DNA of 44,448 nucleotides from a virus (Duplodnaviria; Heunggongvirae; Uroviricota; Caudoviricetes): IMG/VR virus record IMGVR_UViG_2851949629_000004; one strand, 5' to 3'. Shown piece by piece: positions 39,171 to 44,448 of this stretch (position 1 is its first letter; each line of letters starts with the position of its first letter). The notes under the pieces were generated by a model. It saw only the letters and a program-made list of their open reading frames with translations, ran no database searches and was not told where the DNA came from. The position numbers and the translations under genes were made by a program.

Positions 39171-40784
39171 TTATTTATTAGTGAGTACTACGTTCCATGG
39201 CAGGAGTTCGTCAACTCGGTTGGAAGGCCATTCCGGCAGTACGCTCAGGATATGGCGCAGATACGCTTCCGGATCGATACCATTCAACCGGCAGGTGCCG
39301 ATCAGCCCGTACAACAGTGCACCACGCTCGCCGCCGTGATCGCTACCGAAGAACACGTAATTTTTCTTTCCGAGACAGACTGCACGAAGCGCTCTTTCCG
39401 CTGTGTTATTGTCCGCCTCCGCCAGACCGTCATCACAGAAGTTGCACAACGCAACCCAGTGCTTCCTGATATACCGGAACGCATCTCTCAGACGGCATTT
39501 TTTCGATAACGTGTGTTCTTTCTCCTGCATCAGCTTATACAGGGAAGTCAGTAGCGGTTTACTCTGCATTTGCCTGACCGCCAGGCGTTCAGACACCGGC
39601 AACCCGCGTATTTCGTGCTCAATGGCGTACAGTTCGCCGATTAGTTTCAGTGCTTCTTCCGCCGTCGCGCTTTTGGTACTGATATATACATCGTGGATTT
39701 TGCGCCGCGCATGAGCCCAGCATCCTGCTTCCGTCAACGCGCCGCCTTCACGTTCGGCACTGAACAGCCGATCGTAACCTGCGAACGCATCTGCCTGCAG
39801 GATACCCCGGAAGGGACGAAGGTGTTGCTCCGGATGTTTACCCTGATGGTCCGGTGAGTAGGCGAACCAGACCGCCGGAGGTTCTGGCGAACCGGCATTT
39901 CGGTCATCCCGGACATACGTCCAGATATATCCTGTTTTCGCCTTCTTCCTGCCCGGTGCCAGTACTTTTACTGGTGTGTCATCAGTGTGAACCTTGCGGG
40001 TGTTCATCACATAACTGTACAGGGCATCATTCAGCGGAGTCATTAACTGGCAGCACGCATCAACCCAGTTGGAGAGTAAGGCACGGCTCAGTTCGACACC
40101 CTGGCGGGCAAAGATTTCACTCTGACGATACAGTGGCAGGTGTTCGCAGTATTTTCCCGTTAACACGCGGGCAAGTAACCCCGGGCCCGCGATACCACGC
40201 TCTATCGGACGGGATGGTGCCGGTGCTTCAACGATGCAGTCACATTTTGTACAGGCTTTTTTTACCCGTTCTGTGCGGATCACTTTCAGGGCGCTGCTCA
40301 CCAGCTCCAGTTGTTCTGCGCTGACTTCCCCCAGATAATCCAGCTCACCGCCACACTCCGGGCAACAGCTTTCTTCAGGCTCCAGGCGGTATATTTCACG
40401 GGGGAGATGTGCCGGTAACGGACGACGATGGCGCGACTGTCGCAACTGGCGGGGAACCAGCGGGTCATCCTCACGCCCACTGTAACGATCGCTTTCCTGC
40501 TCGCGTTGTTTCAGCAGGACTTCAGCCTGTTCAACCTCACTACGCAGTTTTTCAGAACGGGTTCCGAACAGCATCCGGCGCAGTTTTTCTATCTGAGCCC
40601 GCAGATGCTCTATTTCTCGCTCATCTTCTTCGATCTTTTCTTCGGCACGTGCCAGTGCAGAGCGCAGGAAGGCCTCCGTCTCTTCAACCAGACTCAGTTG
40701 CTGGTCTTTCTGACGGAGGGCTTCAGCCTGCTCAGAGAGCAGCCTTTCCAGCTCAGCGATGCGAATGAGGTATTTCTGACCCAT
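39171..40784 (-). CDS. IS66-family transposase TnpC
   Basis: 537-aa ORF with N-terminal coiled coil, Cys-rich zinc-finger-like CCPECGG...CTKCDC and C-terminal catalytic region. Confidence 0.9.
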   Translation of the reverse strand: MGQKYLIRIAELERLLSEQAEALRQKDQQLSLVEETEAFLRSALARAEEKIEEDEREIEHLRAQIEKLRRMLFGTRSEKLRSEVEQAEVLLKQREQESDRYSGREDDPLVPRQLRQSRHRRPLPAHLPREIYRLEPEESCCPECGGELDYLGEVSAEQLELVSSALKVIRTERVKKACTKCDCIVEAPAPSRPIERGIAGPGLLARVLTGKYCEHLPLYRQSEIFARQGVELSRALLSNWVDACCQLMTPLNDALYSYVMNTRKVHTDDTPVKVLAPGRKKAKTGYIWTYVRDDRNAGSPEPPAVWFAYSPDHQGKHPEQHLRPFRGILQADAFAGYDRLFSAEREGGALTEAGCWAHARRKIHDVYISTKSATAEEALKLIGELYAIEHEIRGLPVSERLAVRQMQSKPLLTSLYKLMQEKEHTLSKKCRLRDAFRYIRKHWVALCNFCDDGLAEADNNTAERALRAVCLGKKNYVFFGSDHGGERGALLYGLIGTCRLNGIDPEAYLRHILSVLPEWPSNRVDELLPWNVVLTNK

Positions 40785-40814
40785 GGCCGTTTTTATAATC
40801 CGGCCCGGCGTTTT

Positions 40815-41165
40815 TTACAACATTGTCAGTGCGTTAAGGCGGGATGTTTTTGGCTGACGCCAGTCCAGCTTATCGAGGAGCATTGCCAGTTGCGAGCGGG
40901 TAATGGATATCTTACCGTCATGCACCGCAGGCCAGATAAACTGACCTTCCTCAAGGCGTTTGGTGAACAGGCACAGACCATCAGCATCAGCCCACAGGAT
41001 TTTAATCGTGTCTCCCCGTCGGCCACGGAAGATAAACAGGTGACCGGAGAAGGGGTTATCATCCAGCACATGCTGTATCTGCTCCCCCAGACCGTTGAAG
41101 GATTTACGCATATCAGTAACGCCGGCAACGAGCCAGATACGGGTACCTGATGGGAGTGAAATCAT
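40815..41165 (-). CDS. IS66-family accessory protein (orf2/TnpB)
   Basis: 116-aa ORF MISLPSGTRIWLVAGVTDMRKSFNGL; start overlaps orf1 stop. Confidence 0.85.
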   Translation of the reverse strand: MISLPSGTRIWLVAGVTDMRKSFNGLGEQIQHVLDDNPFSGHLFIFRGRRGDTIKILWADADGLCLFTKRLEEGQFIWPAVHDGKISITRSQLAMLLDKLDWRQPKTSRLNALTML

Positions 41166-41596
41166 CGTCCCCTCCCGGTCAGCTCACGGATCAACACCGT
41201 GAGCAGCTCTGGTGAAGGATTTTCCAGCATCATTTTACCGTAATGGAATTCCACATGGCAGGAAGCTGCACAAGCAACTGATAATGCCTCCGGAGCAGGA
41301 GCATCTGTAGCACAGCGCGGGGTGTCGATAAGTTCCACTGGAACCAGAGTCGGAGAGGCCGGAAAAGATTGTGATACTGTAGGGCCTACAATAGTTGGAG
41401 GCATTCTACGAGAAATACGTCCTTCTCTTTGCCAGAGGCGTAGCCATTTAAAAATCAGGTTGTTATCAACGCCATGTTCCCGGGCCAGTTGTGCAACATT
41501 GGCATTTGGTTTCGAAGCCAGTTCAACCATATGAAGTTTAAATTCATTAGAAAATATCCGGCGGGTTCCGGAGCGCCAGTCTGTAGGTTTATCCAT
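41162..41596 (-). CDS. IS66-family orf1 (TnpA, HTH)
   Basis: ATG at 41596 (MDKPTDWRSG...); track start 41599 is TTG. Confidence 0.8.
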   Translation of the reverse strand: MDKPTDWRSGTRRIFSNEFKLHMVELASKPNANVAQLAREHGVDNNLIFKWLRLWQREGRISRRMPPTIVGPTVSQSFPASPTLVPVELIDTPRCATDAPAPEALSVACAASCHVEFHYGKMMLENPSPELLTVLIRELTGRGR

Positions 41597-41681
41597 CAAT
41601 AGAACTCCGTCTAATTTAGAAGGAGCTCTAATTTAGTCTGCAAGGAGCAGGTGTTACAGACGGCATTGGCTTTACGCTTAC

Positions 41682-41689
41682 AGTTGAAC
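41682..41689. repeat. target site duplication AGTTGAAC (right copy)
   Basis: Identical to 39133..39140 and in the same codon phase. Confidence 0.8.
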
Positions 41690-41926
41690 AAGCTGTCGGG
41701 CAACCCTCCGGTAACTCCGGATGGTTGGATAAGCTGTAGTGAGCGAATGCCAGAGGACGGTCAGCACGTAATTATTTTATGTGATGGCGCATTCGTTCTT
41801 TATGCGCAATATCGAGACGGTGAGTTTTTTGATGTTGTCCGCAGTGGTGAGGAGTTCTTCGAAACGCAGAGCCGCAATGTAACCCACTGGATACCGCTAC
41901 CGGAGCCGCCGCAGGAGGTAAATTAA
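41690..41926 (+). pseudogene. 3' part of the IS-disrupted DUF551-type gene
   Basis: Frame after the duplication continues KLSGNPPVTPDGW...VTHWIPLPEPPQEVN; removing IS and one duplicate joins it in frame to 38766..39140 (about 204 aa); track ORF 41651..41926 starts with GTG inside the IS. Confidence 0.65.
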
Positions 41927-42120
41927 TGAACAACTTAATGACAACAAAACAAGTCGCCGAATTCTGTGGCGTTTCAATATCGACGGTGCTTCGCTGGAAC
42001 AGCGTAAACCGGAGAACTGGCAAGAAATACAGACCAGACTTTCCAGATCCTGATATTAAATCCTGCCCAAATAAATGGGCATCACAAAAGATTTACAGGT
42101 TTGCAGGAGTCATTGAGTAA
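41926..42120 (+). CDS. AlpA-family HTH regulator / excisionase-like protein
   Basis: 64-aa ORF MNNLMTTKQVAEFCGVSISTVLRW with AGGAGG SD; typical partner of P4-type integrases. Confidence 0.7.
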   Translation: MNNLMTTKQVAEFCGVSISTVLRWNSVNRRTGKKYRPDFPDPDIKSCPNKWASQKIYRFAGVIE

Positions 42121-42255
42121 TATGCCTTAGATCAGATGTAAGCTGACACACCACTATGGCACAGAGTCAAACCTAATCTAACTACCTGCTCTGTGCCAAA
42201 AGAAGATACTACTAACATAAGTATAAAATAATCAACGGGACACAGCTCATCTGTA

Positions 42256-43071
42256 CTACTCCACAAGCGGGATAAGTTTTTTACCTGTGTCTTCAAAGAA
42301 TGAAAACGAAGACCAGCGGTAAGTATATAAAAAAGCCACTTTGCCTGCATGTTCTTCGATAGCTTTTTTTAAATATGACTTGCGTTTACTGACTTCTGGA
42401 AATTTATCCGAAAAGATAACTATTGCTCTTGATGATAGTCCACCACCATTCCGCATAAAGAGAGTAAACTCACTCAATCTAAGCATATTGAAATTTGCAC
42501 AATTCGCTACATCATTATCAAACTTAGCAACTATACTTTTTATTTTGTCATACAGACTGACCATATCCCTAAAAATATTTTCATCTGCCAACTGAATATT
42601 TCTTTCATTCAACTCTGTTATATATTTATTATCATCCACTATTCCAATAGGATATCGAGCATTTAAAACTATATCTCGAGACGCAACTTTCAATAACTTC
42701 AGTTCGTCAACGGTTAATGGCAAACCTAAATCAACAGCCATACAATCAAGTTTATGCCCATAATTACAAAACTCATTTTCAATAGCTTTTTTTCTCGCAC
42801 CGAGATTCATTAGAAGAATCGCTGACTTTAACAACATTTCAAAAGCATACCCCAACATAAGTCTGCTAGTTTGATCAGTTGCCGATGCGATATCGATGTA
42901 TTCATGAACAATAGGAGATTTCTTACTTTCTGCCCGAAGCAATTTTTTGTTTCGCTCACCTTCACTTCTCAACAGCTTCGCAGATAAATACAGTTTTTTA
43001 GACTCTGTTAACCAAGCCTTTCGATCAAATATACCTTTCCCATTTTTCTGCGTGATTATCTCGCTCTGCAT
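42256..43071 (-). CDS. AT-rich hypothetical protein of unrecognised family (271 aa); candidate accessory/defence cargo
   Basis: ATG 43071 with AGGAG SD (track start 43074 is TTG); Lys/Asn/Ile-rich; same strand as and downstream of int, convergent with AlpA-like gene. Confidence 0.55.
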   Translation of the reverse strand: MQSEIITQKNGKGIFDRKAWLTESKKLYLSAKLLRSEGERNKKLLRAESKKSPIVHEYIDIASATDQTSRLMLGYAFEMLLKSAILLMNLGARKKAIENEFCNYGHKLDCMAVDLGLPLTVDELKLLKVASRDIVLNARYPIGIVDDNKYITELNERNIQLADENIFRDMVSLYDKIKSIVAKFDNDVANCANFNMLRLSEFTLFMRNGGGLSSRAIVIFSDKFPEVSKRKSYLKKAIEEHAGKVAFLYTYRWSSFSFFEDTGKKLIPLVE

Positions 43072-43224
43072 CAATAACTCCTATGTTATTAGAACCAAAC
43101 CTGCCACTAATCAATTGCAAATCTCGTCGTTGTTATTTTGACCAGACATTACATTGCTCCATTTGTAAAATACCACTTAACTAACTTGAATGAGAAATTG
43201 TAAGTATTCCGACAAAACAGACTA

Positions 43225-44448
43225 TCAGTTGGGGTCTGAGCTAGCACAAGTAATGATCGATTCAACCCTCTCCCACCACGCCTGGTAGGCTTTACGCTGT
43301 TCTTCTAGATAATCGCTCTTGTCATAAACCTGCCAAACCCCTGGCAGTTTATGGCCGAGCATTATTTCTGCAATATGAGGGGCAGTAAGATCAGAAAAGT
43401 TTGTTCGTGCTGTTCGCCTCAAATCATGAAGAGACCAATGAGGGAATTGATACCCCAAACGCCGCCATGCGTACTGCATTAAATTGTAAGGCAGCGACTG
43501 CAATGATGTTCGACCAACGGGTTCCCTGCTTCCTTCCTTAGTAAAAAGCATATCGGAACCATTGTTCATAGAGATAGCGTTCTTTATAAGCTCCTCCACC
43601 GGTTCAATAATGGGCCTCTTTAGCGGTTCGCCTGTTATCTCCCCAGTCTTATGTCGTTCTGGTGGTACAGTCCATACCTTATTAATGAAATCAAAATCGT
43701 CCACCCTGGCAGTAATTAGCTCTGAACTACGGCAGCCAAAATGCAGCAATAGCTTAATGAAGGCCCGGTATTTAGGAACCATTCGAGAACCATCGATCGC
43801 AGCATAAAGGATTTTAATTTCATCATGTGTCAGAAACCGTTTCTTCTGACCTTTACGGATATCCATATCTTTACCCGTGATATCCGACAGCGGGCGAGTT
43901 TCAATGAGCTTTCTCTTATACGCCCAGACATGGGCCTGCTTTGCGTTAATTAGCAATCGGTCTGCTATTGCTGGAGTCTTAGTGCTAAGAGGCTCCAGGA
44001 CTTCTAACCAATCATGCAATGTAGCTGCATCGTGAGGGATATTCCCGATTTTAGAGAACAGGTGCAGCTCAAACGAGCGGAGTATCTGTTCAGAACCTTT
44101 TTTATTTTTTACACAATATGCTTCATACCAGGCACGGATCACAGACTCTACCGTCATGGCTTCAGTAGCTTTTCGTTTTTCAGCCTGCTTGACCAATCGT
44201 GGATTACGGTTTGACTCAAGTTCACCACGGAGACGGATAACTTCTTCTCTGGCCTCTTTTAATCCAGTTGCCGGGTAAGTTCCGATATCAAGACGCTCAC
44301 CTTTCCCTGCCCATTGATAACGATATTGGAACACTACGCGACCTTTCGGTGATACTCTGACAGACAGACCATCACGATCGGATTTAACCAAAACCTTATC
44401 ACGTTCCTTTCCAACGACTGAACGCAACCACGCATCAGACAGCGCCAT
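43225..44448 (-). CDS. int: tyrosine recombinase / prophage integrase (P4-like, DUF4102 arm-binding N-terminus)
   Basis: 407-aa ORF; ATG is the last 3 nt of the window; C-terminal catalytic region with R...HDLRRT...Y-containing motifs. Confidence 0.9.
   Translation of the reverse strand: MALSDAWLRSVVGKERDKVLVKSDRDGLSVRVSPKGRVVFQYRYQWAGKGERLDIGTYPATGLKEAREEVIRLRGELESNRNPRLVKQAEKRKATEAMTVESVIRAWYEAYCVKNKKGSEQILRSFELHLFSKIGNIPHDAATLHDWLEVLEPLSTKTPAIADRLLINAKQAHVWAYKRKLIETRPLSDITGKDMDIRKGQKKRFLTHDEIKILYAAIDGSRMVPKYRAFIKLLLHFGCRSSELITARVDDFDFINKVWTVPPERHKTGEITGEPLKRPIIEPVEELIKNAISMNNGSDMLFTKEGSREPVGRTSLQSLPYNLMQYAWRRLGYQFPHWSLHDLRRTARTNFSDLTAPHIAEIMLGHKLPGVWQVYDKSDYLEEQRKAYQAWWERVESIITCASSDPN

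Larger units (their letters stand above)
39141..41681 (-). mobile_element. IS66-family insertion sequence (2541 bp, three ORFs)
   Basis: Both ends begin GTAAGCGT (imperfect inverted repeats); three overlapping ORFs in IS66 order and size; flanked by perfect 8-bp direct repeat. Confidence 0.85.

Noticed and set aside
41651..41689. Track start of ORF 41651..41926 inside the IS right end
   Set aside because: The GTG start lies within the IS66 terminal repeat; the coding sequence is better explained as the 3' fragment of the interrupted gene beginning after the target duplication
42157..42197. Hairpin GGCACAGAG...CTCTGTGCC between the AlpA-like gene and the AT-rich ORF as a terminator
   Set aside because: 9-bp stem but a 22-nt loop and no U-tract on either strand; may still be a protein-binding or recombination site, but the evidence is too weak to call a feature

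Overview
This 44.4-kb window reads as one nearly complete, mosaic lambdoid siphovirus-type prophage in reverse orientation. All assignments come from reading the six-frame track and the raw sequence; no database search, HMM or folding tool was run, so family names rest on remembered motifs and gene order and are hypotheses. From left to right: an unrecognised membrane-protein ORF, then lambda-like tail genes on the minus strand (tfa, stf, lom, J, I, K, L, M, tape measure, G/T with a candidate -1 frameshift, V, U, Z, FII-like), head and packaging genes (protease-capsid fusion, portal, W-like, terminase large and small, cos-like region), and a phage-21-type lysis cassette (S with MKSM dual start, R endolysin, Rz with embedded Rz1). 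The Q-S interval carries accessory cargo: a DNA methyltransferase, a small ORF and an AT-rich lipoprotein gene on the opposite strand. Next come Q (QuuD/phage-82-like), a translationally coupled early-right operon (DUF968-like, KilA-N, RusA, winged-helix protein, Dam-like methyltransferase, replication initiator with internal iteron-like repeats, CII-like, Cro-like) and cI with three related operator-like palindromes. The plus-strand early-left block is CPS-53-like, with one gene split by an IS66-family insertion that has a perfect 8-bp target duplication. It ends with an AlpA/excisionase-like gene, a single AT-rich ORF of unrecognised family and a tyrosine integrase whose ATG is the last three bases of the window, so att sites are outside it. 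No rRNA, tRNA, CRISPR array or toxin gene could be supported. The best candidates for something undescribed are the accessory loci at three classical moron/defence hotspots: the int-proximal AT-rich ORF, the Q-S interval cargo, and the ORF beyond tfa. A structured, ORF-free early-left leader with no N-like gene is also notable. Many track ORFs begin with GTG/TTG; I give the ATG-initiated starts I could justify.
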